From Nitrospinales bacterium (GTDB lineage Bacteria; Nitrospinota; Nitrospinia; Nitrospinales; VA-1): 64,000 bases of DNA. The stretch covers positions 768,001-832,000 of the forward strand of contig CBDCXL010000002.1 in NCBI GenBank assembly GCA_965223795.1, read 5' to 3'. The stretch's first letter is position 1; every line of letters begins with the position of its first letter. Shown here piece by piece: positions 19,612 to 31,634 of the stretch. A program made the translations under genes and the position numbers. A model generated the notes under the pieces. That model ran no database searches, was not told where the DNA came from, and worked only from the letters and a program-made list of their open reading frames with translations.

Positions 19612-20781
19612 ATGATCGGTTATCAAAAATTCGGCCAGCTTCCCGCCCTGCGCCACACCGCGCAGCGCGCAAACGGCCGGCTGCTCAACGAGTACTGCTT
19701 CACCCGCGAGGGGTTCGCGGACTGCTTTTCCATTCTCTACCTGCACCATCCGCCGACGAACGAGTACGCGAACGAGGCGTGCCCGGCGCCGCAATGGGCG
19801 AAGGCGGCGGCGCGGCAGGAGGACGGCCTGTTGCGGCGCCACTTCAAAAGCGATCTGTACGCGGCGGAAGCGAATTTCATCGACGGCCGAAAAATTCTGG
19901 CGTTCAACGATAAAATCGCCTACGGGCTGTGCCACCCGAAAATCCAGGAAGATAGCTTTTTCGCCAACAACGACGGCGACGAGCTGTTCTTCCTGTTCGA
20001 GGGAGCGCTCACGATTGAGTCTCTGTTCGGCAACATCGAGCTGGTTGCAGGGGATTATCTGTGGCTGCCGAAATCCTGTCCCTACCGCTTCCGCTTCGAG
20101 GGGCGGCCGCGTCTTCTCTATGTGGAAGCCCGGCACGGCCTGGAAATCCCGCCGGAATACAGGAACGCGCAGGGGCAGCTGACGATGGAGGCGCCGTATT
20201 CGGAACGCGGTTTCAAAATTCCGCAGTGGAACGCGGCGCTGTTCGAATCGGACGATGCGGCGGCCATCGTGCGCAAGCGGCAGGGCCGCTTCACGCGCAC
20301 CCGCTACCCGGACAATTATTTCAAGCTCGCAGGCTGGGACGGACATGTCTACCCGGTGGCCCTCAACCTCGACCGCATTCAGCCCAAGACGGGCCGCGTG
20401 CACCTGCCGCCGTCCTCACACATGACGTTTTCGGGACCGGGGTTCGCGGTCATGAGCTTTCTGCCGCGGCCGCTGGATTTCGACGCCAACGCGGTGCCGT
20501 GCCCGTTCTACCATTCGTCGGTGGACTGCGACGAACTGTTGTTCTACGTTTCCGGGGATTTCACCAGCCGCCGCACCATCGGCCGCGGCTCGATCAGCTA
20601 TCACCCTTCGGGCATCCCGCACGGCCCGCATCCGGGCGCGTACGAAAATGCGATCGGGCGCAAGGAAACCGAGGAGCAGGCGGTGATGGTGGACACGTTC
20701 GACCCGCTGACGCTGACCGAAGACAGCAAAGCGCTGGAGGACGCCGCTTACCCGGAAAGCTGGAAGGAAAATCCGTCATGA
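19612..20781 (+). CDS. hmgA: Homogentisate 1,2-dioxygenase
   Basis: NDGDE, GWDG, HLPP, PFYHSSVDCDE, HPSGIPHGPHPG, AVMVDTF motifs. Confidence 0.93.
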   Translation: MIGYQKFGQLPALRHTAQRANGRLLNEYCFTREGFADCFSILYLHHPPTNEYANEACPAPQWAKAAARQEDGLLRRHFKSDLYAAEANFIDGRKILAFNDKIAYGLCHPKIQEDSFFANNDGDELFFLFEGALTIESLFGNIELVAGDYLWLPKSCPYRFRFEGRPRLLYVEARHGLEIPPEYRNAQGQLTMEAPYSERGFKIPQWNAALFESDDAAAIVRKRQGRFTRTRYPDNYFKLAGWDGHVYPVALNLDRIQPKTGRVHLPPSSHMTFSGPGFAVMSFLPRPLDFDANAVPCPFYHSSVDCDELLFYVSGDFTSRRTIGRGSISYHPSGIPHGPHPGAYENAIGRKETEEQAVMVDTFDPLTLTEDSKALEDAAYPESWKENPS

Positions 20782-21425
20782 CGGTGCATTCGGAGTTTGA
20801 CGCCATCGATCCCAATGAGCAGTTCTGGGTGGACGTGTACCACCTGATGAACTCCATCGTGCAGCCCAGGCCGATCGCCTGGATCTCCAGCGTGTCCGGG
20901 CAGGGCGAGCACAACCTGGCGCCGTTCAGCTATTTCAACATCTGCTCGATGAACCCGCCGGTGATTTCCAACTCGATTTTCTTCAACCGCGACGGATCGA
21001 AGAAGGACACTCTGAAAAACATCGAAGCGACGCGCCGCTACGTGGTGGGACGGGTGTCGTTCGACACGGCGGAGAAAGCCAACAACAGCTCCGCTCCGTT
21101 CGAAAACGGCGTGGACGAATTCACCGAAGCGGGCGTCGCGTTCGTGGAGCGCGGCGCGGGCGAGCCGCGGCTGATCGCCGACAGCCCGGTGCAGCTCATC
21201 TGCGAGCTCAACCAGACGGTGACGCTCGGGGAAGGCGCGGGCGTCGGCACGCTGGTGCTGGGAAACGTAAAAGAAATCCTTTTGTCAAAAAATCTCAGCG
21301 CGCAGGACTGGAAACGGGGCCTCGACCCGGAAACCCTCAACAACGTGGGCCGCATGGGCGCCGACCTTTACAGCAAGACGACGGACCGGTTCCGCCTGCC
21401 GCGGGCCACGGTGCCGAAAAAATGA
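20778..21425 (+). CDS. Flavin reductase-like FMN-binding protein
   Basis: VQPRPIAWISS..NLAPFSYFN..KDTLKNI..GRMG; ATGA overlap with hmgA. Confidence 0.9.
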   Translation: MTVHSEFDAIDPNEQFWVDVYHLMNSIVQPRPIAWISSVSGQGEHNLAPFSYFNICSMNPPVISNSIFFNRDGSKKDTLKNIEATRRYVVGRVSFDTAEKANNSSAPFENGVDEFTEAGVAFVERGAGEPRLIADSPVQLICELNQTVTLGEGAGVGTLVLGNVKEILLSKNLSAQDWKRGLDPETLNNVGRMGADLYSKTTDRFRLPRATVPKK

Positions 21426-21434
21426 GAGCCTGAT

Positions 21435-22604
21435 ATGAAACACGCCTGCATCTACAGCGCGGTGCGCACGCCGATCGGCAAGTTCAACGGCGCGTTCAAG
21501 GACATCCCCGCGCCGGAGCTGGGCGCGGCGGCGATCCGTGAAGCGGTGAAACGCAGCGGGGTGCCGGGCGACGCCATCGGCGGGGTGTTCATGGGAAACG
21601 CCATCGCGGCGGGACTCGGACAGGCCCCGGCCCGGCAGGCGGCGATGCGGAGCGGGCTTTCCGAAAGCATCGGCGCGGTCACGGTCAACCGGGTCTGCGG
21701 CTCGGCGCTGCAGGCGATGATCTTTGCCGGCCAGTCCATCGCCCTCGGTGAAGCGGAGTTCCTAGTGGCGGGAGGCATGGAAAACATGAGCCGCGCGCCT
21801 TATCTTTTGCCGCAGCTGCGCGCGGGACACAAGCTGGGCGACACGAAGATGATCGACAGCCTGATCCACGACGGGCTGCTGGACGCGCACGAGCACCGCC
21901 ACATGGGCGAGCTCACCGACGCGCTGGCGGCGCGGCATTGCGTCAGCCGGGAAAGCCAGGACGCATACGCCATCGCCAGCTACACGCGTGCGCGCGCGGC
22001 GGTGGAAAAAGGAATCTTCGCCAAAGAGATCGTCCCGGTCGGCCGCACACTGCGCAGCGGCGAAACCGAATGGATCGAAAAGGACGAGCAGCCCTACGCC
22101 GAAGAGCTGGACCGCTTCCCCTTTTTACGTCCCGTGTTCGTCCCGGAAACGGGAACCCTCACCAAGGGCAACGGCGCCAAGATCAACGACGGCGCGGCGG
22201 CGCTGGTGCTGGGCAAAGAGTCGTCTGAGCACACGCCGATCGCGCGCATCATCGGCCACGCTTCGCATTCGCAGTCGCCGGCGGACTTTTCCATCGCGCC
22301 GGTGGGGGCGATCCGGAAGGTCCTCAGGCAATGCGGCATGCAGATCGAAGACATCGACCTGTTTGAAATCAACGAGGCGTTCGCGGCGGCGTCGCTCCTG
22401 GTCAACGACGAACTGAACCTGAACCCGGAAAAGGTCAACGTGCACGGCGGCGCGATCGCGCTGGGCCATCCGATCGGCGCGACGGGCGCGCGTCTTCTGG
22501 TGACGCTGCTCAACGCGCTCAAGGTAAAAAACCGCAAACGGGGCCTCGCCAGCCTGTGCATCGGCGGCGGCGAAGCCATCGCCGTGATCATCGAAACGGA
22601 CTGA
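21435..22604 (+). CDS. Acetyl-CoA C-acetyltransferase (thiolase)
   Basis: NRVCGS, NEAFA, GHPIGATG, CIGGG motifs. Confidence 0.95.
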   Translation: MKHACIYSAVRTPIGKFNGAFKDIPAPELGAAAIREAVKRSGVPGDAIGGVFMGNAIAAGLGQAPARQAAMRSGLSESIGAVTVNRVCGSALQAMIFAGQSIALGEAEFLVAGGMENMSRAPYLLPQLRAGHKLGDTKMIDSLIHDGLLDAHEHRHMGELTDALAARHCVSRESQDAYAIASYTRARAAVEKGIFAKEIVPVGRTLRSGETEWIEKDEQPYAEELDRFPFLRPVFVPETGTLTKGNGAKINDGAAALVLGKESSEHTPIARIIGHASHSQSPADFSIAPVGAIRKVLRQCGMQIEDIDLFEINEAFAAASLLVNDELNLNPEKVNVHGGAIALGHPIGATGARLLVTLLNALKVKNRKRGLASLCIGGGEAIAVIIETD

Positions 22605-22640
22605 CGTTTTTTCACGCCGCACAAAGCCGAGGAGGCGGAC

Positions 22641-24662
<2,022 letters not shown>

Positions 24663-24670
24663 GAGGCAGC

Positions 24671-26344
24671 ATGTCCAGCAAAACGACGACCCTGGGCTCT
24701 TATCTGATCGACCGGCTGTACGGCCTCGGCGTGCGCCACGTGTTCGGCGTGCCGGGGGATTTCAGCCTGAGCTTCTGCAAGCTTTTAGAAACCGACGGAC
24801 GCATCGCCTTCGTCGGCACCACCCGCGAAGACACGGCCGGGTTCGCGGCCGACGGCTACGCGCGCCGCAACAAGGGCATGGGCGTGGTGCTGGTGACGCA
24901 CGGTGTCGGCGCGCTCAGCACGGTCAACCCGATCGCCGGCGCCAACGCGGAATCCTCGCCGGTGCTGCTGATCAGCGGCGCGCCCGGCGTGGAGGAGAGA
25001 AAGCGCAACCCGCTCATCCACCACAGCTTCGGGTTGCAGGATGCGCAGATGAATATTTTCGAGAACTTCACCGTGTCCGGCGCGGCGCTCAACGATCTGT
25101 TCCTCGCGCCGCGGCAGATCGACCACGTGCTGCGCAATGTGTGGGCGCAGAAAAAACCGGGATACCTGGAACTGCCGCGCGACCTCATCGACAAGGAAGT
25201 GTTTCCGCTGGAACAGGCCGCCACGGCACTGCAGCGCGCGCCCGAAAGCGACGCGGAGGCGCTGAAGGAAGCGCTGGCGGAGACGATGGACCTTTTGCTG
25301 CAGGCGGACGCGCCCGCCATCCTGGCGGGGGTGGAGGTGCACCGGCACCGCATCCAGAACGAGCTGGTGCAGCTGGTGGAGGCGACGCAGCTGCCGGTGG
25401 CCGCGACGATCATGGGAAAATCGGTGATCCGCGAATCGCATCCCCTTTATCTCGGCGTCTACCAGGGACAGGTGTGCGGCGAAGCGACGCGGCAGGTCAT
25501 CGAATCCTCGGACGTGCTGCTCACGCTGGGGGTCATGTTCACGGACATCAACCTGGGCATGTACACAGCGACGCTGGACCCCAGGCACATGGTGCGCGCC
25601 AAGCACGGGCAGGTGTCGATCAAGCACCACAGTTTCTCCGGCATCACGCTGAAGGACTTTATAACCGGGCTGGCCACGGCGTGGCGCGCGGGTTCCTCCA
25701 AAAAATTCGGCAAAGCCGTCCCGGTCGCGGAAGCAACATCCCAGGCGGCGGAGAATGCCGACCCCGGCTCGGCCCTGACCATGGAGTCGATGATCGCCGT
25801 GCTCAACCGCAAGCTCACGCCGGACGTTTCGGTGGTGGCGGACACGGGGGACTGCCTGTTCGCGGCGGCGGAACTCAAGGTTCCGGACCAGACGGCGTTT
25901 TTCGCTTCGGCGTTCTACACGACGATGGGGTTCGCGGTGCCGGCGGCGCTGGGCGTGAACTGCGCCTCGCCGGAAACACGGCCTCTGATCCTGGTCGGGG
26001 ACGGGGCGTTTCAGATGACGGGCACGGAGCTTTCCACATTCAAGAAGCTGGCGTTCGCGCCCATCGTGCTGGTGATCAACAACCGCGGCTACGAAACCGA
26101 GCGCGTGATTCTGGAAGGCAAGTTCAACGACATCAACGAATGGGATTACAGCGGCGTGTGCGGGCTGATCGGTTACGGCAAGGGCGTGAAGGTGGCGACG
26201 CTGAGTGAATTCGAAAACGCGGTGGCCAAGGCGCTGGATGATAAAAAAAACCTATACGTGATCGACGCGATCGTCACCGAATCCTCGCCGGGCATGCGGC
26301 GGCTGGCGGGTGAGATCGGCAAGCGGCTCAAGAAAAAGGAATGA
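24671..26344 (+). CDS. TPP-dependent 2-keto-acid (indolepyruvate/phenylpyruvate-type) decarboxylase
   Basis: FGVPGDF, ADGYAR, IHHS, GDGAFQMTG..NNRGY TPP-binding motif. Confidence 0.9.
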   Translation: MSSKTTTLGSYLIDRLYGLGVRHVFGVPGDFSLSFCKLLETDGRIAFVGTTREDTAGFAADGYARRNKGMGVVLVTHGVGALSTVNPIAGANAESSPVLLISGAPGVEERKRNPLIHHSFGLQDAQMNIFENFTVSGAALNDLFLAPRQIDHVLRNVWAQKKPGYLELPRDLIDKEVFPLEQAATALQRAPESDAEALKEALAETMDLLLQADAPAILAGVEVHRHRIQNELVQLVEATQLPVAATIMGKSVIRESHPLYLGVYQGQVCGEATRQVIESSDVLLTLGVMFTDINLGMYTATLDPRHMVRAKHGQVSIKHHSFSGITLKDFITGLATAWRAGSSKKFGKAVPVAEATSQAAENADPGSALTMESMIAVLNRKLTPDVSVVADTGDCLFAAAELKVPDQTAFFASAFYTTMGFAVPAALGVNCASPETRPLILVGDGAFQMTGTELSTFKKLAFAPIVLVINNRGYETERVILEGKFNDINEWDYSGVCGLIGYGKGVKVATLSEFENAVAKALDDKKNLYVIDAIVTESSPGMRRLAGEIGKRLKKKE

Positions 26345-26395
26345 GTGCCGCGGCTCCTGCCGCCGCAAAAGGGAACCGTCCGTTAGGGGGTAACG

Positions 26396-26872
26396 TTAAA
26401 ACCGCTGCGGCGGCAGGGAAAAGTTGTGCGGCGGCCGGGTGATGTTCCGCGGCCGGGCGGTGAGGTGCACGGTCTTGCTTTCCTTCTTTTTCGCTCCTGA
26501 AATCCAGTAGCAGAAGTTGTATCTGCCTTCCTGCACGAATTCAAGCTGGATGTTTTTTTTCGGGCGCAGCAGATTCAGCCGAAACACTTCCTTTTGAGCG
26601 CGGGTGGACAGAATCGAAAAATGCAGGATGGCGAAATCGGAATCGTTGCGGAAGCAGACGGGAGAGGCGACGTGCGCCTGCATCTCGAAATGTTTTTTGG
26701 CGAACGAATTCAGATACAGAACGGTTTCGTCGCGGGGCATTTCCGGAAGCGCGTCTCCCAGCAGGTGCAGATGGGTGAACGGTGAACGCAGGCGGATGAA
26801 ATCCGGATCGTGTTGCCAGTCCGTGTCTGTGAATTCACCGAATACGAAATCTTTTTTGACGGGAAACGACAT
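26396..26872 (-). CDS. Hypothetical protein
   Basis: 158-aa ORF with GAGG RBS filling the intergenic gap. Confidence 0.55.
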   Translation of the reverse strand: MSFPVKKDFVFGEFTDTDWQHDPDFIRLRSPFTHLHLLGDALPEMPRDETVLYLNSFAKKHFEMQAHVASPVCFRNDSDFAILHFSILSTRAQKEVFRLNLLRPKKNIQLEFVQEGRYNFCYWISGAKKKESKTVHLTARPRNITRPPHNFSLPPQRF

Positions 26873-27089
26873 GGCGGCTTGTCCTCATGGATGCTTTGCC
26901 GTGGTTTCCCTTATTCTAAAAAAATCCCACCGCCCCACCCTATCGGGTGAAGGCTGATTTTTTTGTCAGAATTTTTCCTATATTTTTACGAGAAGCAGAA
27001 TGGCGAAATCTTGCCAGGACGCACGGGATAAAACGGAAAAATCGGGAGCTCGCGCAAAGCCAATGAACGGATTTCCCCCCTCACCTTAG

Positions 27090-27260
27090 TCCTCAAGCCA
27101 CCTCCGGTATTTAAATGAGCGGGTGGCAGAACAAATTCTGCACTTCCTCATTAAACTGATTACAAGGAGGGTCGTCAAGCTTCGCTTGACCTCCCCCCGG
27201 AGGGTGCAGGCCGGGCATAGCCCGGCGCTCACTTATTAAATACGGGATATGGTTTGAGGA
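27090..27260. mobile_element. MITE-like element / IS remnant with imperfect terminal inverted repeats
   Basis: Left tcctcaagccacctccggtatttaa vs right-end reverse complement tcctcaaaccatatcccgtatttaa (21/25); internal hairpins gtcaagcttcgcttgac and gccgggcatagcccggc; no transposase. Confidence 0.55.
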
Positions 27261-27302
27261 ATTTTTTTATTCACGTTTTCCTTTGCGCCTTTTTCCGATT
27301 TT

Positions 27303-28106
27303 CTACTCCATCTTCTTGCGGGCCTTGTCGAGGCCGAGCCAGAAGGTGTGGATGGCATCCAGCGCCTTGTGCCCGCCTTTGAGGAAACGTTTGGCGTTGA
27401 AGTCGGGCCGGTAGAAGGCTTCTTTCATTTCCTCGAGCACGTTGTCGCCGTGCCCCTTTTCGCTCTCGAAATGAAACTGGAAAAAATCCAGTGGAATTGC
27501 GTCGCCGCCTTTGAGTGCGTGTTTCTGGTTGAACCCGTCGATGCCGTCGATCAGCTCCTTCCAGAAATTGTTGGCTTCTTCCTCGGCGCTGCCGCCGATC
27601 CCCCATGCCGCCCAGGTTTCGATGGCGTAGCTGGCGCCGCGGCCGATCTCGCCTTCCTTGCTGCCGTAGGTGTCTTCCAGCCCTTTGATGAAGGCGCGGG
27701 TGGAGGGCGAGGCGGTTTCCCAGACGCCCAGCCGCCTGGGATCGAGCTGCAACGGCTTCGCGGTGTCGCGCAGCCAGTTGATGTGCGCCCAGCGGGTGTG
27801 AAAGGGCTGGTCTTCGGTGGAACCGTCTTTCTGGATGCCCACCCCCAGCTCGTTGGCCAGGATGTAACGGGCATGGGTTTCGGCTTCCAGGTCGGTGGCG
27901 TTCAAAATGCGCATGAGCTGCGCCAGCAGGAACCATTTGGAAAACACCGCGAACTGCTCGAACAGATCCACCACCTGTTCGCGGTTCGCCACGCCCTGCT
28001 TGAACCACTTGCAATAGGCGTTCGCGGTGATGACCGGATGCCGGTGTATCTCTTTCTCCACGATCCCCCAAAAATCCTCAAAGTGTTTCCGTCTCGGAGC
28101 GTTCAT
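27303..28106 (-). CDS. Heme-oxygenase-like diiron oxidase (CADD/PqqC/UndA superfamily)
   Basis: N-terminal HPV; ligand pattern NE..AH..IE..H-x3-E-x2-H (FHFESEKGH). Confidence 0.7.
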   Translation of the reverse strand: MNAPRRKHFEDFWGIVEKEIHRHPVITANAYCKWFKQGVANREQVVDLFEQFAVFSKWFLLAQLMRILNATDLEAETHARYILANELGVGIQKDGSTEDQPFHTRWAHINWLRDTAKPLQLDPRRLGVWETASPSTRAFIKGLEDTYGSKEGEIGRGASYAIETWAAWGIGGSAEEEANNFWKELIDGIDGFNQKHALKGGDAIPLDFFQFHFESEKGHGDNVLEEMKEAFYRPDFNAKRFLKGGHKALDAIHTFWLGLDKARKKME

Positions 28107-28349
28107 GACAGTTCCTCTTGAGCTGGTTTTTCAGGTGACCTGCACAAAGAACCGTTCCGCCGTTTCCCCGGCCGGTCCTTTGCTCTCCTTCTATTTTACC
28201 GGAATTGGACCGCCGGAATGTATGAATTATCATAAACGTTTTTAAGGACTTAACCTTTCCGGAAAGGCCCGTTCGCGCCGCCTTTGGAGTGTGGGTTTAA
28301 AGGCCCTGAAAAGGGGGCGGTAATTTTGTGACAAAAAATATCAGGTTCA

Positions 28350-28365
28350 TGGCATGGCCGGTGCA
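28350..28365 (+). promoter_or_regulatory. sigma54 (-24/-12) promoter
   Basis: TGGCATGGCCGGTGCA, GG-N10-GC, about 30 nt upstream of ATG 28394. Confidence 0.6.
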
Positions 28366-28393
28366 GGCAGTTGAATGACGATCCCCGGAGGCG

Positions 28394-28831
28394 ATGCCCT
28401 TGAACTCCCGCAACGCAAAACCCGTGCGCATGCTGTTAGCCGCCGGATGGCTCTGCCTGTCCGCAGGCGCCGCGCCGGTGGCGGCTTCGGACTGCGTGGG
28501 GTTTGAGAACATGGCGGTGAAGATCCTGAGGCAGGAATACGGCCGCGTGCACTTCGCCCTCAATGCGGACCTGATCAATGCCTGCGCCCGCAAGGTGAAT
28601 TTCGTGGTGGACCTGCAATACGTCGACGCGCGCGGCGTGCTGCTGGACAACCTGCTCAAACCCGTGCAGTCCCTGTCTCCCAGACAGACGAAAACCATCC
28701 TCTATATGGAAAGCCTGCCTCCGGAGGTGTTCCACCGAATCGGCGCGTACGTGTTCAAGGCGTCGGACGTTCCGGAATCGGCGCAGATATTAGACGGCAA
28801 CGGCCTGTCCGCAAACCCGCCCCCAGACTGA
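28394..28831 (+). CDS. Hypothetical secreted protein
   Basis: GGAGG RBS, signal peptide, small beta-rich domain with two Cys. Confidence 0.7.
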   Translation: MPLNSRNAKPVRMLLAAGWLCLSAGAAPVAASDCVGFENMAVKILRQEYGRVHFALNADLINACARKVNFVVDLQYVDARGVLLDNLLKPVQSLSPRQTKTILYMESLPPEVFHRIGAYVFKASDVPESAQILDGNGLSANPPPD

Positions 28832-29120
28832 GCCTGAGCGCTCCCGCCCCCCTGCCCTTTTTCTCTCGCCTCAACCGGCGGTTTTTCAATTCTTCTGCTT
28901 ATTCCTCTAATTGACAAGGCTGTGACCTTGCCTTGATCGGTTCGTGATACCCGGTTTTTATACTGTTTTTGTGTTCAGGCATGCGTGGTTTGCCTGAGCG
29001 GTCTTTCTGATTGGTCTGCAAGAGCGAAGAAGCTGAGCTTCTTCCTTCTTAGCCTCTCCCGCCGGGCGCTCCCCCCGCCCGGCGGGACCTCCTCTAACTT
29101 CCAAGGACAAGACAGACGGC

Positions 29121-29573
29121 ATGAACGAAAAATCCGCGATCAAACAGCAAAAGCGCCGGGAACTGGAAAGCCTGTGGAAAGAGATCGAAAAAGCGATCGT
29201 CAACTCCCCGGAAGTCCGCCTGTCCCTGACCAAATACCAGGCCATCGATTCGAGCGACGCTTCGTTCAAGGACAACATCATCCTGGAAATCGACAAATTA
29301 TCCGAACTGATCGAAAAGGAAGAATCCCCCCAGGACCCGACGCTGCGGGCCGGCGAATCGCGGGAAAATTCCCTGCGCGAGATGGTGCGGAAATTCCGCG
29401 GTTATCTGATCAAGTCGCTGCAGTCCAATCTCAAGCTGATCGAATCCTGCACGCAGCTGACGCTGGACAACAACGGTCTCAAAAAGAAACTTCTGGAGCT
29501 GGACGAAAAACACAAAAAGGCTCTGAAGAACATCGAAAAAATCCTCATCAACATGACCCGCAACCCCAACTGA
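29121..29573 (+). CDS. Hypothetical coiled-coil protein
   Basis: Charged helical 150 aa with host-like codon usage. Confidence 0.75.
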   Translation: MNEKSAIKQQKRRELESLWKEIEKAIVNSPEVRLSLTKYQAIDSSDASFKDNIILEIDKLSELIEKEESPQDPTLRAGESRENSLREMVRKFRGYLIKSLQSNLKLIESCTQLTLDNNGLKKKLLELDEKHKKALKNIEKILINMTRNPN

Positions 29574-29786
29574 ACCTCTCCCAGCTTCGCAATATCTCTC
29601 CAAAAACCGCTTCATTTCGGGTTTTCAACGCTTCTCAACACTTCAGGCATTTTCTCAAGCACTCTCCCTATCCCGGCTTGGCGACGGCGTCGGTTTTCCC
29701 TTGAATTCACCTGAGCCAAAAAATAACGGTACAAGCCGCTGAATTTCCCCCAAAAATCATATTCCGCACATTTTTTTCCGTTTCCG

Positions 29787-29813
29787 TGTCAACCGATCGC
29801 CGGCGTTCACGTT
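29787..29813 (+). promoter_or_regulatory. ECF sigma-type promoter
   Basis: TGTCAAC-16 nt-CGTT (AAC/CGT ECF consensus) upstream of the repeat protein and ECF gene. Confidence 0.55.
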
Positions 29814-29860
29814 GTACGTATCAGTGAGTCCAACCGAATCTATTGACCAAGGAGGAAAAA

Positions 29861-30328
29861 ATGCTTACAAAACACGTGATGGTGCCGATGGTTCTGCTGA
29901 CGTTTTTGCCCCCGTCCTTCGCCGCGGGGGGCGATCTGGGCCAGAAGGTGGAAAACCACCTGGATCGCAAAGGCGACCGTATCGAAAACCACCTCGACCG
30001 CAAGGGCGACCGCATCGAGAACCATCTGGACCGCAAGGGCGACCGCATCGAAAATCACCTGGATAAAAAGGGGGACCGCATCGACGGCTGGCTCGACCGC
30101 AAAGCCGACCAGGCCGAGGCGCACGGCAAGGACGGCCTGGCGAAGCGGCTCGACCGCAAGGGCGACCGGATTGACGCGAAGCTGGACCGGAAAGGCAACC
30201 GCATCGACGCGAAGCTCGATAGAAAGGGCCATCGCATCGACCGGAAGTTGGACCGCAAGGGCAACCGGGTCGACCGCAGGCTCGACCGAAAGGGAAAACG
30301 CCTGCACCGGCGCATCGACCGCCACTGA
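29861..30328 (+). CDS. Secreted protein made of 11-aa repeats (LDRKGDRIENH)
   Basis: AGGAGG RBS, signal peptide, about ten DRKGxRI units in 33-bp tandem repeats. Confidence 0.85.
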   Translation: MLTKHVMVPMVLLTFLPPSFAAGGDLGQKVENHLDRKGDRIENHLDRKGDRIENHLDRKGDRIENHLDKKGDRIDGWLDRKADQAEAHGKDGLAKRLDRKGDRIDAKLDRKGNRIDAKLDRKGHRIDRKLDRKGNRVDRRLDRKGKRLHRRIDRH

Positions 30329-30503
30329 GAACCGTTGGCTCCCCGTCCCCGCACGCGGTTGCGGGGAGGCGGGGGGTTTCCCTGAAACCGTTTGAGGGCA
30401 CCTCTGAAAATTGCGTCTGGCTACGCGCGCCGCTAAAAAAAGAGGCGCGCGTTGGCTGCAGGAGACATATCGAAAATATTGGAAGTTCCCTTTATGAGGT
30501 TGC

Positions 30504-31043
30504 ATGCGGGAAGGCACCCAGCCGATGGACGAATTTCTGGCCTCCGTTGAACGGCGTGCTTTCCATATTGCGCGGTTCGCCGCGGGCAACGACGAGGACG
30601 CGCTCGACATCGTGCAGGAAACGATGCTGGCTCTGGTCCGGCGTTATGCGGACAAACCCGAGGCGGAATGGCGGCCGCTTTTTTTTCGCATCCTGCAGAA
30701 CAAGATCCGCGACGGCCACCGCAAAAACGCGCTGCGCCGGGTGCTGTTCGGCTGGTGGGACAAACGCCGGGAGAGCGACGCCGACCCGGTCGATTCGCTG
30801 CCGTCCCGCGCGGGCGGCGAGGCGGGCGAGCTTTGGCTGCGTCCGGACGGGTCGGGAGCGCTGGATCGGGCGCTGCGCGCTTTGCCCGGGCGGCAGCAGC
30901 AGGCGTTTCTGCTCAGGGCCTGGGAGGGCATGAGCGTCAGGGAAACGGCGGCGGCCATGCAGTGCTCGGAAGGCAGCGTGAAAACCCATTACGCGCGGGC
31001 GGTGCAGACGTTGCGCGATCAACTGAAGGGACTGGATGAATGA
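30504..31043 (+). CDS. ECF-type RNA polymerase sigma factor
   Basis: DALDIVQE..WRPLFFRILQN region 2; LPGRQQQAFLLR..ETAAAM.CSEGSVKTH region 4. Confidence 0.93.
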   Translation: MREGTQPMDEFLASVERRAFHIARFAAGNDEDALDIVQETMLALVRRYADKPEAEWRPLFFRILQNKIRDGHRKNALRRVLFGWWDKRRESDADPVDSLPSRAGGEAGELWLRPDGSGALDRALRALPGRQQQAFLLRAWEGMSVRETAAAMQCSEGSVKTHYARAVQTLRDQLKGLDE

Positions 31044-31393
31044 CCGACGGATCGTTTGAGGACAAGGCGAAAAAGGCGCTGGACCGGGCGGAGGAAAACA
31101 CCGGTCCTGAAATCCTTTCGCGCCTTCAGGGAATGCGGCGGGACGCGGTGCGGGAGATGGCGAATCGCGGGCAGCCGCGTGTGCAGCAGTGGTGGGGCGT
31201 TCCAGCGCCGGCGCTGGCCTTCGCCACGCTGGTTCTTGTATCGGGACTGCTGTTCTTCACTCAGGACCGCCCCCCGGCGCCGCCCGGCACGATCGAGGAC
31301 CTGGAACTGCTGGCGTCCAACCCGCACCTGGAATTTTATGAGGATCTGGATTTTTACGCCTGGCTGGCGGAGGAAGACTCCCGTGCGGGGTGA
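31040..31393 (+). CDS. Putative membrane anti-sigma factor (DUF3619-like)
   Basis: ATGA overlap with sigma; SRLQGMRRDA, TM helix, DLDFYAWL tail. Confidence 0.7.
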   Translation: MTDGSFEDKAKKALDRAEENTGPEILSRLQGMRRDAVREMANRGQPRVQQWWGVPAPALAFATLVLVSGLLFFTQDRPPAPPGTIEDLELLASNPHLEFYEDLDFYAWLAEEDSRAG

Positions 31394-31634
31394 GCCCCTG
31401 GCGCTGGCGCTGTTGTTGTCGCTGTGCGCGGTCACGGCACAGGCTGAGCCGCCGGAAACGCAGGACCCGGCGGCCGAGGAAACCGAGCTTCCCTCGATGG
31501 ATTTTCTCGAGTTTTTAGGTGAGTGGGAGACCGAGGACGGCGGCTGGGTGGATCCTCTGGAGCTGGAAACGTGGACGCCGCCGGAAGTACCTGACGAAGA
31601 GAAGAAGGATGAGGATGACAACGATGAATCGTGA
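31383..31634 (+). CDS. Small acidic exported protein
   Basis: GTG start, signal peptide, PSMDFLEFLGEWE..WVDP motif; overlaps both neighbours. Confidence 0.6.
   Translation: MRGEPLALALLLSLCAVTAQAEPPETQDPAAEETELPSMDFLEFLGEWETEDGGWVDPLELETWTPPEVPDEEKKDEDDNDES

Noticed and set aside
27000..27016. TGGCGAAATCTTGC as a sigma54 promoter
   Set aside because: GG to GC spacing is 9, not 10, on both strands.
29945..30320. 33-bp tandem repeats as a CRISPR array
   Set aside because: Repeats are contiguous, in frame and vary at synonymous positions; no spacers and no cas genes.
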